A stretch of 44,092 nt of DNA from Verrucomicrobiota bacterium (GTDB lineage Bacteria; Verrucomicrobiota; Verrucomicrobiia; Chthoniobacterales; JAFAMB01): contig JAFAQT010000031.1 of the NCBI GenBank assembly GCA_019246215.1, positions 1 to 44,092 of the forward strand, in the 5' to 3' direction. Made by a program: the position numbers and the translations under genes. The notes beneath the pieces were generated by a model. The model was not told the DNA's origin. It was given only the letters and a program-made list of their open reading frames with translations, and ran no database searches. Shown here piece by piece: positions 1-10,489 of this stretch. How positions within the stretch are numbered: the stretch's first letter is position 1; each line of letters begins with the position of its first letter.

Positions 1-108
1 CTCCAAAGAACCGGCTCCAGAACTCTGGAAGATGAAGCGGCCCTCAACGGTTCTGGACAGACAGTGGTAAAAACCCTGCCCCTCGGCTTTGACCCGGGGA
101 AAACGCAT
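1..108 (-). CDS. N-terminus of a REP-associated tyrosine (HUH/Y1, IS200-like) transposase, running off the window edge
   Basis: Manual translation from ATG at 108 gives MRFPRVKAEGQGFYHCLSRTVEGRFIFQSSGAGSLE with no stop before position 1. 'MR.PR....YH..SR...R.IF' is the typical RAYT/Y1_Tnp N-terminal signature. The HUH motif would lie outside the window. Confidence 0.7.
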   Translation of the reverse strand, partial: MRFPRVKAEGQGFYHCLSRTVEGRFIFQSSGAGSLE

Positions 109-170
109 AAGCGAGGGCTACATTACACAACATAGAATAAAAGTGTAGATCAAATTAAACATTCGCCGCA

Positions 171-247
171 ACATTTGACCTGTCCGTGCCACAACCCCAC
201 ATTTGACCTGTCCCCTTCATAACCTTCTGTCCCCTTCATAACCTTCT
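171..247 (+). repeat. TTTGACCTGTCC(CC) motif cluster with short tandem duplications
   Basis: ACATTTGACCTGTCC at 171-185 and 199-213. The 19-nt unit CTGTCCCCTTCATAACCTT occurs twice in tandem (208-226, 227-245). Confidence 0.9.
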
Positions 248-249
248 TG

Positions 250-620
250 GACTGTGCGGCCAACGCTTTGCCGTTATCGCGCTCCAAGATCCGATCCTCT
301 CCGAGCGGATCGTTCTTGCCGGCGATCAAACCGTGGATCGGATCAGCCGCAACTGGTCATGACCATTCAGATCTTCGTAGCCCAAGACCAAGCCATGAAT
401 CCGCTGACTGAGAAGTTCCTGAACGCTGTGTCGATCTAGCGCTGGTCACGGTAGTCGATGAAACACCCGCTAAAATCTCGCAACAACCCGCCGTGGCGCT
501 CAAATACGCGAAGGATTAAGCCGCCCGATCGCTAGAGAGGTAGCCGCCTCCGAAATCTACCTCTACGTTCCGGTTACCTGATTCTTAAAATAGCCAACGT
601 CGTTCTCTACACTCTGTCAT
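250..620 (-). pseudogene. IS1380-family transposase, decayed 5' fragment
   Basis: Reading from ATG at 620 through 2 stops and about 3 single-base frameshifts gives MTECRERRWLF*ESGNRNVEVDFGGGYLSSD(A)GGLILR..FSGCFIDYRDQR*I(E)HSVQELLSQRIHGLVLGYEDLNGHDQLR(L)DPIHGLIAGKNDPLG..LAAQS. This matches the IS1380 motifs F.GG..SSD.G and QR..GL..GYEDLND.D.LR.DP. It is truncated at about 250. Confidence 0.9.
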
Positions 621-716
621 CGAAGCGGCGTCCTTTTTGTAAAGTTAACTTGCTGAACACAAAGAACTTACAAAATCAGGGCGCCGCTTTGCTAGTTTGT
701 TTGTGAGTTTTTCAGG
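250..716 (-). mobile_element. IS1380-family remnant with one terminal inverted repeat
   Basis: The minus-strand end CCTGAAAAACTCAC (716-703) resembles IS1380-family termini. It lies about 95 bp upstream of the transposase ATG. No partner end is visible. Confidence 0.7.
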
Positions 717-724
717 TTAGGGGG

Positions 725-1891
725 TTACGTCAACGCTTTCTTTCGCCACTGTTCGATAGCCTCAAAATAAGCCGATTCGAGAAATTCAGTCTGGCGCGGC
801 TGCGCGAATTCAGTGGCTACCGTCCGTGAGGCAGATGCGCCTAACGTTTTCCAGCGTGGAGGATCTTCAACGAGGTTGAATAGAGAGTTTACCAGTCCGT
901 CATCGTCTCGTTCCGCGACCAGCAACCCGTTCACGCCATCAGTCACCGCTTCGGGAATTCCACCGTGGCGAGTTGCCACCACGGGCAGCCCGCTGGCCAT
1001 GGCCTCAAGCATTGAATTTGGAATCCCCTCCTCATTTGAATCTGGAGGCAATTCACTCGGATGCATAAAAATGTGCGCCTTTTCGTACAGCGCGCGCAGT
1101 TGGGATTGACCGAGAAATCCAAGAAAGACAACGACATTTTGCAGACCCAATTGTCGCACCAATTGTTCCAGCTCTCGACGCAATGGACCGTCGCCCGCGA
1201 TCAGGAACCTGGATCTTGGAAATGCTTTTACGAATCGGGCGAATGCTCGCAAAGCCGTTACCAAACCTTTCTTGGGAACTAATCGACAAGCTTGAACAAT
1301 TGTCCATGCGCCTGCTACCGGAACGTTTCTGGCCAAGTACGGAAATTCCTCCAATGGAATTCCCGTGCGGTTCAACCGAATTTTTTGCGGATCGCAATCA
1401 AGTTCAATCAGTCGCTGCGCGATAGATCGACTGCGAACCAGTACAAGCGGCACTAGCCGAAGGAGCTTCCTTAACTTGGCTTCGTAATCTCGCTCGTTTT
1501 TCCGGCGTTGAACGTCCATCCCGTGGAACGAAACGACGCATGGGCGATCCCATCTCTCGATGAGTGGCAGCAGATGGACGCCGGTATTCCCGAAATAAAT
1601 GTGCATGAGATCCGGATTCCGCCGCAGGAGCACGCGCCGGATGACTTCGAACTCGCCCCTGTACACTAAGGCAGGCGCTCTGACCAGATACTTCAACCGC
1701 CCCCGAAAAACAGGACTTAGGTTGGAGCTTTTAAGCAACTCTAGATCTTGAAATGGATAGAGCGCCGCATTTTCCCTGATTTTCGCGATAACAAATGTAT
1801 GGACCCTTTGCAGTGAAGTGATCTGACGATAGATGTGAAGCATCTCCGCCTTGAGAAAATAGGTGCAAAAACTGGCAACGATCGGTTTCAT
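725..1891 (-). CDS. Glycosyltransferase family 4 (WcaL-like)
   Basis: SFHGMD, RLVPKKG, EEGIPNSMLEAMASGLPVVATRHGGIPEAV GT-B motifs. Confidence 0.9.
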   Translation of the reverse strand: MKPIVASFCTYFLKAEMLHIYRQITSLQRVHTFVIAKIRENAALYPFQDLELLKSSNLSPVFRGRLKYLVRAPALVYRGEFEVIRRVLLRRNPDLMHIYFGNTGVHLLPLIERWDRPCVVSFHGMDVQRRKNERDYEAKLRKLLRLVPLVLVRSRSIAQRLIELDCDPQKIRLNRTGIPLEEFPYLARNVPVAGAWTIVQACRLVPKKGLVTALRAFARFVKAFPRSRFLIAGDGPLRRELEQLVRQLGLQNVVVFLGFLGQSQLRALYEKAHIFMHPSELPPDSNEEGIPNSMLEAMASGLPVVATRHGGIPEAVTDGVNGLLVAERDDDGLVNSLFNLVEDPPRWKTLGASASRTVATEFAQPRQTEFLESAYFEAIEQWRKKALT

Positions 1892-2010
1892 TTTGAATTT
1901 GAAGCAGCAGCCGAGGGTCCCACAGGTTCTTCATAAGCGAGGAGACAGGACCGGTTCGCTTTTCAACGCTTGCCCCCGACCTCCTTCCCAAAGAGTTCCC
2001 CACGACCAGT

Positions 2011-3075
2011 TCAAGGGTTTAAAAGCGTTTGCAGCGCCATTTTGAAATCTTCAACACCGCGGCCGTTTGCGGCAATCATCGGCACTATGACCTTATCGGA
2101 AAATCTGTTCCGGATAATTGCCAGATTCTCTTCAACGCCGTGCAAATCCATCTTATTGGCCGCAATAATCCATGGTCGTTGACTCAGCGTCGGATCGTAC
2201 AGGTCGAGTTCGCGGCGCAGGCAACGGAGGTCCTCGATCGGATTACGTCCTTCGCTGCCGGCGATATCGAGAACGAACACCAACAACTTACAACGAACAA
2301 TATGCCTGAGGAAGTCATGGCCCAATCCCATGTTCTGATGCGCTCCCTGGATGAGGCCTGGGATATCCGCGACCGTTGCGCGCTTGTATCCTTCAAATTC
2401 CACAACCCCAACTGCGGGGTTCAAGGTAGTGAACGGATAAGGCGCAATCTTGGGATGTGCGGCAGAAACCTTGCCAAGCAGGGTCGATTTGCCAGCATTC
2501 GGATAACCGACTAGCCCGACATCAGCAATCTTTCGCAGTTCCAGGAGAAAATAGCCTTCTTCACCCGGTTCACCTTCGGTGAACTGCCGCGGAGCGCGAT
2601 TAGTGGAGCTTTTGAAATGTGTGTTTCCTTTGCCGCCGGACCCGCCCCTGCACAAGACCAATTCCTGATTTTCCTGACACAGATCAGCCACCAATTCACA
2701 ATCGCCCGGCGAAATCACTGGCTTGGGTGGGGGCACATCCAATGTCTCCTCTATCAGAGGCAGCTCGAAAATTCGAGATGGTATCCGGTAGATGAGCGTG
2801 CCTGCGGGCACTTTGTAGACAGCGTCTTTGCCCGCTTTTCCGTACATGTTCTTGCCCATTCCATGTTCGCCACGCGACGCTTTCAGTAGCGGCTGAAAAT
2901 AAAAGGCCACCAGGTTGTCGGTATGCACATCAGTTCGAAAGACGATATCCCCGCCTTTTCCACCGTTCCCGCCGTTTGGGCCGCCTCGCGGCACAAATTT
3001 TTCCCGCCGAAAACTGACGCACCCGTTTCCGCCATCTCCAGCCTTTGCATGAATTCTGATCCGATCAACAAACAT
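2011..3075 (-). CDS. obgE: GTPase ObgE/CgtA
   Basis: MFVD..I..KAGDGGNGCVSFRREKFVPRGGP glycine-rich Obg fold, GYPNAGKS P-loop, DIPG, NKMD. Confidence 0.97.
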   Translation of the reverse strand: MFVDRIRIHAKAGDGGNGCVSFRREKFVPRGGPNGGNGGKGGDIVFRTDVHTDNLVAFYFQPLLKASRGEHGMGKNMYGKAGKDAVYKVPAGTLIYRIPSRIFELPLIEETLDVPPPKPVISPGDCELVADLCQENQELVLCRGGSGGKGNTHFKSSTNRAPRQFTEGEPGEEGYFLLELRKIADVGLVGYPNAGKSTLLGKVSAAHPKIAPYPFTTLNPAVGVVEFEGYKRATVADIPGLIQGAHQNMGLGHDFLRHIVRCKLLVFVLDIAGSEGRNPIEDLRCLRRELDLYDPTLSQRPWIIAANKMDLHGVEENLAIIRNRFSDKVIVPMIAANGRGVEDFKMALQTLLNP

Positions 3076-3136
3076 GAGCGTTCATCGTTCACCGTTGGGC
3101 GAAAGTGAACGTGATAGGCGAACCGAGGACGTTACG

Positions 3137-4339
3137 CTAAGCTAGGAGCGATTCGTACATTTTTTTTGTTTCGGCAGCGATTGTCGACCAGCTGAACTTT
3201 TCGACAGCTCGCTCGCGCCCAGCTTCTCCGAAGGCTTTGCGTAATGCTGGGTCGGCCATTAATAGATTTATTTTCTCAGCCATATCGCGAGAGAATTTGT
3301 CTGGATTTAGTGGCTCGAAGGGGGTCGTCTTCATCTGTTCCAGGGGCACAAGAAACCCGGTTTCTCCATCAACCACAACCTCTTTAATTCCTCCGACAGC
3401 TGCCGCAACAACCGCGGTTTCACAGGCCATTGCCTCAAGATTGATGATTCCAAAGGGTTCGTAGATTGAGGGGCAGACGAAGACAGCCGCATGGGTGTAA
3501 AGCTGATAAACAACCTCTTTTGTCACCATTTCGTCAATCCAGATGACCCCTTCTCTCTTGCTTATGGCTTCTGTCACAGCGCGTTGCATTTCCTGGGCAA
3601 TCTCGGGCGTGTCAGGTGCGCCAGCACAAAGAACGATCTGGAATCCCGGGTCCATATATTTGATCGCGTTGACGAGATGGATGATACCCTTCTGCCGGGC
3701 GATCCGACCGACAAATAATACAAATGGTTTGCTGGAATCTATCCCGTACTTTGGCAGCCGGTCACTGGATTTGCGGGGGTAATATTCTTCAGGATCAATA
3801 CCGTTGTAGATAATGCGAATTCGCGCAGGATCGATATTGAAGAGTCGCAGGACGTCGCTCCGCGTTCCCTCAGAGACAGCGACCACCGCATCCGCCATTT
3901 CGGTCGCCGTTTTTTCCAGCCAGGTAGAACAATCGTAGCCGTAGCCCAACTGTTCACGTTTCCACGGTCGAAGCGGTTCCAGCGAATGAACGGTCAGAAC
4001 CATTGGGACATGGTAATTGAGTTTGGCCAAAATACCGCCGAAATGAGAGTACCAAGTGTGGCAATGGACTATATCAGCGTCCAAACCTACCGTGTTGAAA
4101 TCGATGCAACGCCGGATCGCTCCAAACACCGAATTCAGATTCTTAGGGCAACGGAAGACCGCGCTGTTGACCCCAAATCCTCTTACACTCAAATGTGGCT
4201 GATCGAATTCCTGATCCCCAAAACAGCGCACCTCGACGTCCATTATTTTCGCCAGTTCACGACTCAGGTAATCGACGTGAACCCCGGCGCCCCCATAAAT
4301 GTTAGGGGGGTACTCGTTCGTTAGAAAGAGGGCTTTCAT
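3137..4339 (-). CDS. glgA: Glycogen synthase / alpha-maltose-1-phosphate synthase (actinobacterial GlgA/GlgM type, GT4)
   Basis: TNEYPPNIYGGAGVHV, HCHTWY, HSLEPLRPWKREQLG, YEPFGIINLEAMAC. Start moved to ATG 4339. Confidence 0.9.
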   Translation of the reverse strand: MKALFLTNEYPPNIYGGAGVHVDYLSRELAKIMDVEVRCFGDQEFDQPHLSVRGFGVNSAVFRCPKNLNSVFGAIRRCIDFNTVGLDADIVHCHTWYSHFGGILAKLNYHVPMVLTVHSLEPLRPWKREQLGYGYDCSTWLEKTATEMADAVVAVSEGTRSDVLRLFNIDPARIRIIYNGIDPEEYYPRKSSDRLPKYGIDSSKPFVLFVGRIARQKGIIHLVNAIKYMDPGFQIVLCAGAPDTPEIAQEMQRAVTEAISKREGVIWIDEMVTKEVVYQLYTHAAVFVCPSIYEPFGIINLEAMACETAVVAAAVGGIKEVVVDGETGFLVPLEQMKTTPFEPLNPDKFSRDMAEKINLLMADPALRKAFGEAGRERAVEKFSWSTIAAETKKMYESLLA

Positions 4340-4411
4340 GCTGGCATTAAGAATTGAAGACGACCAGAAGGCAAGCAGGAGAAGCGCTTCCACCGAGCGG
4401 TGTTACTTCTC

Positions 4412-6496
4412 TTATTTGAAGACAATCGGGATAATCAGAATGGCTACGATGTTCGCAACTTTGATCATGGGATTGATGGCGGGGCCTGAGGTGTCTTTGT
4501 ACGGATCGCCGACCGTATCGCCAGTGACAGCAGCTTGGTGCGCGGGAGATCCTTTCCCGCCGTGGTGACCTTCCTCGATATATTTCTTGGCGTTGTCCCA
4601 TGCGCCGCCGCCGGAAGTCATTGAGATCGCAACAAACAATCCAGTCACAATCGTCCCGACCAGAACAGCTCCCAGCATCACATATCCAAAAAACGATGCC
4701 ACTAGGACAAACACCACTGGGAGAAGCGCCGGAACAATCATCTCCTTCAGAGCTGCTTTGGTGACGATATCCACGCATTTTCCGTATTCTGGGGTTTCAG
4801 TTCCGGTCAAAATCCCAGGTTTACTCTGCAGCTGTCGGCGCACTTCTTTCACGACTGCACCGGCAGCTTTTCCGACAGCTTGCATGCTGAGCGAACTGAA
4901 AAGAAAGGGCAAGAGTCCGCCAACGAATAGTCCGATGATAACTTTGGGCTGTTCCAGCGAATATTCAGAAGAATGCGTTTCGTGACCCCCGAGAGAAGAG
5001 AAATGAGCCCTCAGTTCCGAGACATAGGAACCAAAAAGAACTAGGGCTGCCAATCCGGCGGAAGCAATCGCGTAGCCCTTTGTAACCGCTTTCATTGTGT
5101 TTCCGACTGCATCCAATTCGTCGGTTACCGCCCTAGTCGATTTAGGCAAGTCGCTCATCACAGCCACTCCGCCCGCGTTATCGGTAATCGGACCGAACGC
5201 ATCGAGGGAAATGATTGTCCCGGCCATGGAGAGCATGCTCATCACTGCGATTGCGATCCCGTAAAGTCCAACGCACGAATAACTCAGGATGATCGCAAGC
5301 CCGATAAAGATCACCGGCAAAGCTGTCGCTTGCTGACCGATCGCTAGACCGGAAATGATATTGGTAGCGTGACCGGTCTCTGACGCGAGCGCAATACTGC
5401 GAACTGGTTTGAACGCCGTCGACGTGTAGTAATTCGTGATCGCAACGATGATTCCTGTCATCACCAGGCCGATCAGAGTGGCCAGATAAATCTGTCTGGA
5501 CGTGTAAGCGGATGGTCCAACCTGAATCGTGGCTGGAAATAGTAACTTTGTTGCAGGCCAGTAAAGAATTGCGGAGACAAGCGCGTTCACCCCGACTGCC
5601 TCCACCAGTACCTGTGTCGGACCCGTTTTCCGAAAGCTCACCCACCAAATCGCCACAATCGCACCGATTACCGAGATCCCACCCAACAGGAAAGGGTAAA
5701 CAATGGCCGCGGGCGAATTTTGAACGGTCAGGGACCCTATAAGCATCGCCCCGATAACGCTCACCGCATACGTCTCGAAGACATCCGCAGCCATCCCAGC
5801 ACAGTCTCCCACGTTATCGCCGACGTTATCCGCGATGGTGGCGGGATTCCGAGGATCGTCCTCCTCGAGTTGACTCTCGATTTTGCCGACCAAATCGGCC
5901 CCGACGTCCGCGGCCTTCGTATAGATGCCGCCGCCTAAACGGGCAAAAACGCTGATCAGACTGGCTCCGAGCGCTAACCCAACCAGACTGTTGACGGCTC
6001 TCTCCTGGCTTCCAAGGACCGCTTCTCCGACCTTGTAATACAGTCCTACCGATAATAAAGCGAGACCGACAACCAGCAATCCCGTCACCGCCCCGCCGTT
6101 AAAGGCGACGCGAAGCGCCGCATGCTTTGAACTCATGGCGGCCTGTGCGGTGCGCGAATTTGACAACACAGCGATACGCATGCCGATGTATCCGGCGGCC
6201 ATTGAGCAAGCGGCTCCGAGAAGGAACCCAAGCGACGTATAAAAACCTCTGGCAAAAACCAGGATCACGAAAATCACAGTTGCGATCAGGCCCACGGACA
6301 CGACCTGTCGATGCAGGTACGCCTTTGCCCCTTCCTCCACAGCGCCGGAGATCTGAATCATGCGGTCATTGCCGGCAGAACACGAAATCACCGAACGAAC
6401 GAGATAATAAGCGAAGCCTAGACCCACGAGTCCGCACAACAGGGCTAACCAAACACCAGAGTTTGAAAGGAAGGTTAAAAAAAAAGGAAACATCAT
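4412..6496 (-). CDS. hppA: Membrane-bound proton-translocating pyrophosphatase, K+-independent type
   Basis: [38 protein letters not shown] and [14 protein letters not shown] motifs. GNTMKA has Lys at the position diagnostic of K+-independent enzymes. Confidence 0.95.
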   Translation of the reverse strand: MMFPFFLTFLSNSGVWLALLCGLVGLGFAYYLVRSVISCSAGNDRMIQISGAVEEGAKAYLHRQVVSVGLIATVIFVILVFARGFYTSLGFLLGAACSMAAGYIGMRIAVLSNSRTAQAAMSSKHAALRVAFNGGAVTGLLVVGLALLSVGLYYKVGEAVLGSQERAVNSLVGLALGASLISVFARLGGGIYTKAADVGADLVGKIESQLEEDDPRNPATIADNVGDNVGDCAGMAADVFETYAVSVIGAMLIGSLTVQNSPAAIVYPFLLGGISVIGAIVAIWWVSFRKTGPTQVLVEAVGVNALVSAILYWPATKLLFPATIQVGPSAYTSRQIYLATLIGLVMTGIIVAITNYYTSTAFKPVRSIALASETGHATNIISGLAIGQQATALPVIFIGLAIILSYSCVGLYGIAIAVMSMLSMAGTIISLDAFGPITDNAGGVAVMSDLPKSTRAVTDELDAVGNTMKAVTKGYAIASAGLAALVLFGSYVSELRAHFSSLGGHETHSSEYSLEQPKVIIGLFVGGLLPFLFSSLSMQAVGKAAGAVVKEVRRQLQSKPGILTGTETPEYGKCVDIVTKAALKEMIVPALLPVVFVLVASFFGYVMLGAVLVGTIVTGLFVAISMTSGGGAWDNAKKYIEEGHHGGKGSPAHQAAVTGDTVGDPYKDTSGPAINPMIKVANIVAILIIPIVFK

Positions 6497-6559
6497 AATT
6501 GAAGCGTGAAAGTGGGAATCAGTGGCTGACCAACTGCACCTTTACAACCTGCAACGCAA

Positions 6560-7459
6560 TCATTTTCTCACGTCGCTCAGGATTGCTTTTTGAACATGGA
6601 GACGGTTTTCGGCCTGGTCGAAGATCGTCGCGGCATGCTTTTCCAGCGTCTCGGCGCTGATTTCCCTGCCGCGGTAAGCAGGTAAACAATGCAGTACCAG
6701 CGCTTTTGGGGCTGCCCTCGCGACAAGCGGCTCGTTGATCTGAAACGCGTCAAGTTCCGCGAGACGACGAGCGCTTTCTTCTTCGAAACCCATACTGACC
6801 CAGACATCGGTATACAAAACATCCGCCTGATCAGCGCCGGCAAGAGGGTCGTCAGTTACGAAGATTCTGCTGTTTGTCATCTTTTCGAGTATGGAATCTG
6901 CCGGACGATAACTGTCTGGAGCCGCAATTCGTAGCTCGAATCCCAGCCGCTCGGCCGCCCAGATCCACGAGTACGCAACATTGTTCTTGCCGTCTCCTAT
7001 AAAGCATACCTTTAAATCGTCCAGACTCCCGCGTTTCTCCAAGATGGTGAGAAGATCGGCCATGATCTGGCAAGGATGCTCGTAGTCGGTCAAAGCGTTT
7101 ATGGTCGGTATCTGACTGTACTCAGCAAACTGCTCAATATCGGATTGAGCAAACGTGCGTATTACCGCGCCTTGAACCATTCGGCCCAAGACGCGAGCCG
7201 TGTCGATAATTGGTTCGCCTCTGCCCAGTTGAATATCGCCGCGAGAAAGGAAAATGACGGCTCCTCCCAATTCACGAATGCCAACCTCAAAACTGACACG
7301 AGTACGCGTCGAGGGTTTGCTGAAAAGCAACGCCCATGTTTGCCCATCCAGAAGCGATTCCGATGCCTTGCCCCGATTTGCCTTAAACTGAACAGACGAT
7401 TCCAGCAAAGCTACCAAGTGCTCCGCGGTCTCGGATTCGATCGAAAGAAAATGCTTCAT
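6560..7459 (-). CDS. argF: Ornithine carbamoyltransferase
   Basis: FSKPSTRTRVSF, HPCQ, DVWVSMG, HCLP, QAENRLH. Start moved to ATG 7459. Confidence 0.96.
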   Translation of the reverse strand: MKHFLSIESETAEHLVALLESSVQFKANRGKASESLLDGQTWALLFSKPSTRTRVSFEVGIRELGGAVIFLSRGDIQLGRGEPIIDTARVLGRMVQGAVIRTFAQSDIEQFAEYSQIPTINALTDYEHPCQIMADLLTILEKRGSLDDLKVCFIGDGKNNVAYSWIWAAERLGFELRIAAPDSYRPADSILEKMTNSRIFVTDDPLAGADQADVLYTDVWVSMGFEEESARRLAELDAFQINEPLVARAAPKALVLHCLPAYRGREISAETLEKHAATIFDQAENRLHVQKAILSDVRK

Positions 7460-7633
7460 AGGCTGAGGCGACCATTTAGCCAGACCGAAAATCAACAGGC
7501 TGAGATGCTCGAGAGATTTTCGCACTATGGAGCCGCTTTGGAAGCGGCTCGGGACGAACTTTGGAAGTAATCAGGAATAAAACAGCGTGTGGACTCTTTT
7601 GAAGTTTGTAGGCGACTCAAGCTAAAACCGCCA

Positions 7634-8920
7634 TTACCGAGGGCGTATTTCATCCAGGCTCCTAGCCAGAATAGACACGGCCTCATCAATGTCAGTTCGA
7701 GAGACGTTGAGCGGGGGTAGCCACCGAATCACTGATGGGCCCGCCGGTACGGTCAATAGCCCGTTCTGCATCGATCTGACCACAATGACCTGCGAAGGCG
7801 TCTTTCCATTCACTGCCAGGGGCGCAAACTCTTCACCCAATTCGATTCCGAGCATCAACCCTATCCCGCGCACTTCCTTTATTCCTGGGAGAGCCGAGAG
7901 CTGCTTTTTTGCATAATCGCCATGGTTCCGGGCGTGTTGGAGCAAGCCTTCCTGCTCAATCGTCTCCAAAACGGCCAACGAGGTCGCGCAGGCCAGAGGC
8001 GTGCCTCCGTAAGTCGTTCCATGGGTTCCCGGTTTCAACAGATCGCAGAGGTCGACAGCTGCTCCTGTAAAACTGTGAATAGGCTTTTTGCGGATCCAGG
8101 TGGCGCCCAAGGGAAAACCGCCACCGATACCTTTGGCCCAACTGATAGTGTCGGGAACCAATTCCTCTTTCACGATCTCTTTCCATCCGCACCAGTTTCC
8201 AAGACGACCTAACCCGCATTGAATTTCATCCAGCATGAGCAGGAGGCCGTGGTGATCGCAGAGCCGGCGTAATCCGAGCAGAAATTCATTGCTGGCGGGA
8301 TAAATACCGCCTTCACCTTGGACCGGTTCGATCAGGATGGCTACAGTTTCGCCGGTAATCGCTTTTTCCACAGCTGCTAGCTCATTGAAAGGCAGATGTT
8401 TAAATCCGGCCAGCAACGGCGCAAATCCTTCTTTGATCTTCTCTTGGGCAGTAGCCGAAATCCCGGCTATAGTCCGCCCGTGAAACGATCGATGAAAGGT
8501 CAGGATCTCAAATTTAGGACTGCCGTTTTTGAGAGGTCCCGAGCATTCGTTGCCGAACTTTCGAGCTAGCTTGATAGCAGCTTCATTGGCCTCCGCGCCA
8601 CTGTTGGAGAAAAAGACCTTCCCCTGTACGTCAACGAGTTCGACCAGCTTACGGGCCAGTTCACCCTGGGGCCGCGTGTAATAGAGATTCGAAGTATGAA
8701 TCAGCTTGCGCGCCTGTCGGTCCAATGCCTCGATCATACGCGGATGCGCGTGCCCCAGAGTCGAAACTGCAATTCCCGCGCCGAAATCCAGATACTCTTT
8801 CCCCTCTTCGTCCCAAACGCGAGAACCCCGTCCCCGAACCAAAACAACATCGTAGCGGCTATAAGTGGGAACAACGAATTCTTCGAAGAGATTGCGGGTA
8901 TCTGGCTCGTCGGTAGGCAT
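7634..8920 (-). CDS. argD: Acetylornithine aminotransferase (class III PLP)
   Basis: NSGAEANEAAIKLAR, FHGRT, EPVQGEGG, DEIQCGLGR, AKGIGGG; arg gene context. Confidence 0.93.
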   Translation of the reverse strand: MPTDEPDTRNLFEEFVVPTYSRYDVVLVRGRGSRVWDEEGKEYLDFGAGIAVSTLGHAHPRMIEALDRQARKLIHTSNLYYTRPQGELARKLVELVDVQGKVFFSNSGAEANEAAIKLARKFGNECSGPLKNGSPKFEILTFHRSFHGRTIAGISATAQEKIKEGFAPLLAGFKHLPFNELAAVEKAITGETVAILIEPVQGEGGIYPASNEFLLGLRRLCDHHGLLLMLDEIQCGLGRLGNWCGWKEIVKEELVPDTISWAKGIGGGFPLGATWIRKKPIHSFTGAAVDLCDLLKPGTHGTTYGGTPLACATSLAVLETIEQEGLLQHARNHGDYAKKQLSALPGIKEVRGIGLMLGIELGEEFAPLAVNGKTPSQVIVVRSMQNGLLTVPAGPSVIRWLPPLNVSRTDIDEAVSILARSLDEIRPR

Positions 8921-9173
8921 GGGAAAAGGTCGAAAGTAGCCTTTTTCGGACCTTCGCACAAGCAACAGGCTTTTAGGTTGACAGCAGGTTCGCCGAAGCT
9001 CTAATAGAAGCCCGGACTTGGTTTTTTTGCCCTTCGAAAAAAGTCAGCTTGCATAGGCGTGAGTTTCCGATCTGTGCCGGTCATTTTGAATCAAAGTATC
9101 AAGTCGATTACCGCTCCATCACACTACTGTTAACACTACGAAGCTTCCCACGCTGGAAGGAGTTACAACGATT

Positions 9174-10475
9174 ATGCGTATCAAGTTCCCCCACATCTTG
9201 CCACTCGCAGTTGCGCTCGCAGCCACAACGTCGGCGGGGTTCGCCACCGAGCTCGATCTCTGGTTTACACCGCTCTCAGCCGAAGGGCCAATGAAGGCTC
9301 CTTTGACCCAATGGTTGAAAGAACACCTGCCCAAGGATCTACCGGGGATAACCGTTGGAAACAACTTCGGACCTCCCGTGTATCAGGACGGGCAACAAAA
9401 GTTTGTCGTTCAAGGTCGCAAAGGCAAACCCGACGTGATTGAGTCCGTGCTCGAAGGGATGATCGCTTATCAGAGGGCCGGGTTGCTGGAGCCGCTGGAT
9501 GATCTGTTCGACAAATGGTCCGACAAAGACCAGTTCATTCCGAGTACAATCAAAGCTTTAACGCTGAACGGAAAATTGTTCGGCGTCCCATACAATACCA
9601 ATGTCCGCGTCCTGCTCTATCGGAAAGATCTCTTTCAGAAATATGGGCTCACGATTCCAAAAACGTGGGACGATTTCCTTCGGGACGCGGCAACAATTTC
9701 CTCCAAGGAGTCCGGCGTTGCTGGCGTAGGGCTAACGACAAAAAATGGAAGTGTCAGAACTTTCCAGGAATTCATCTCTTTCTTCTTTGAGGTGAACAAT
9801 GGCGAGAATCCCTACAAATACGATGAAGCGGGCAAAAAATGGGCAATGAACACCACCCCGGAAAAGCTGACTCAGGTCCTGAAGCTGTACAGCGATTTCT
9901 TTTTCGGAGCAAGCCCGTCGGCTGCCAATCAGAATACGCGTGGAAACGACTATCAAGCCACAGACACCGACTATGTCTCTGGTAAAAGCGCTATGGTACC
10001 AATGGGTCCGTGGATCTACAGCTACCGGACGAACGGTGAGGTCGCGAAAAAGATCCTCGAAGAAGAAACGGGTGTAGCTCCGCTGCCGCTGCCGCCCGAA
10101 GGTGTCCAGGCGACTTATTTGGAAGTTAAGCCGATCTCGATCAACGCATTCAGCAAGGATAAAAAGGATGACTGGGATCTCGTCAAGATTTTGACAAGCA
10201 AAGACTTCGTTGCGACGGCGAACCGGATTGAAGGGGTTAACCCGCCAAGAAAAGACGTCGCGCAACTGCCAGAATTCAAAAACGATTGGTGGGAACAGGC
10301 CTTCATCGCGCAGTTGCCAACTGGCGTGGCGCTGGCGCCGATCAACTGGGGACTTGTTATCAACGATATTACAGAGGCCCTGCAAAAGGCGATTTACAAG
10401 AACGCAACCCCGGAAGTAGCGGGCAAGGCGCTTTACAATACCCTCGAACAGCGGGCTAAGGACAATCAGCTCTAA
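9174..10475 (+). CDS. Carbohydrate ABC transporter substrate-binding protein
   Basis: N-terminal signal peptide, GKLFGVPY..N...LLYRKDLF..PKTWDD motif; adjacent permeases. Confidence 0.9.
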   Translation: MRIKFPHILPLAVALAATTSAGFATELDLWFTPLSAEGPMKAPLTQWLKEHLPKDLPGITVGNNFGPPVYQDGQQKFVVQGRKGKPDVIESVLEGMIAYQRAGLLEPLDDLFDKWSDKDQFIPSTIKALTLNGKLFGVPYNTNVRVLLYRKDLFQKYGLTIPKTWDDFLRDAATISSKESGVAGVGLTTKNGSVRTFQEFISFFFEVNNGENPYKYDEAGKKWAMNTTPEKLTQVLKLYSDFFFGASPSAANQNTRGNDYQATDTDYVSGKSAMVPMGPWIYSYRTNGEVAKKILEEETGVAPLPLPPEGVQATYLEVKPISINAFSKDKKDDWDLVKILTSKDFVATANRIEGVNPPRKDVAQLPEFKNDWWEQAFIAQLPTGVALAPINWGLVINDITEALQKAIYKNATPEVAGKALYNTLEQRAKDNQL

Positions 10476-10489
10476 CTGATTCAGAAATT

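Noticed and set aside
254-439. 61-aa plus-strand ORF
   Set aside because: It is the antisense shadow of the decayed IS1380 transposase.
3079-3131. CGTTCA(T/C) short repeats with an inverted GTGAACG between glgA and obgE
   Set aside because: Too short and degenerate to call as an element from this window alone.
7530-7550. Perfect 9-bp hairpin between argD and argF as a terminator
   Set aside because: There is no U-tract on either side; function cannot be supported.
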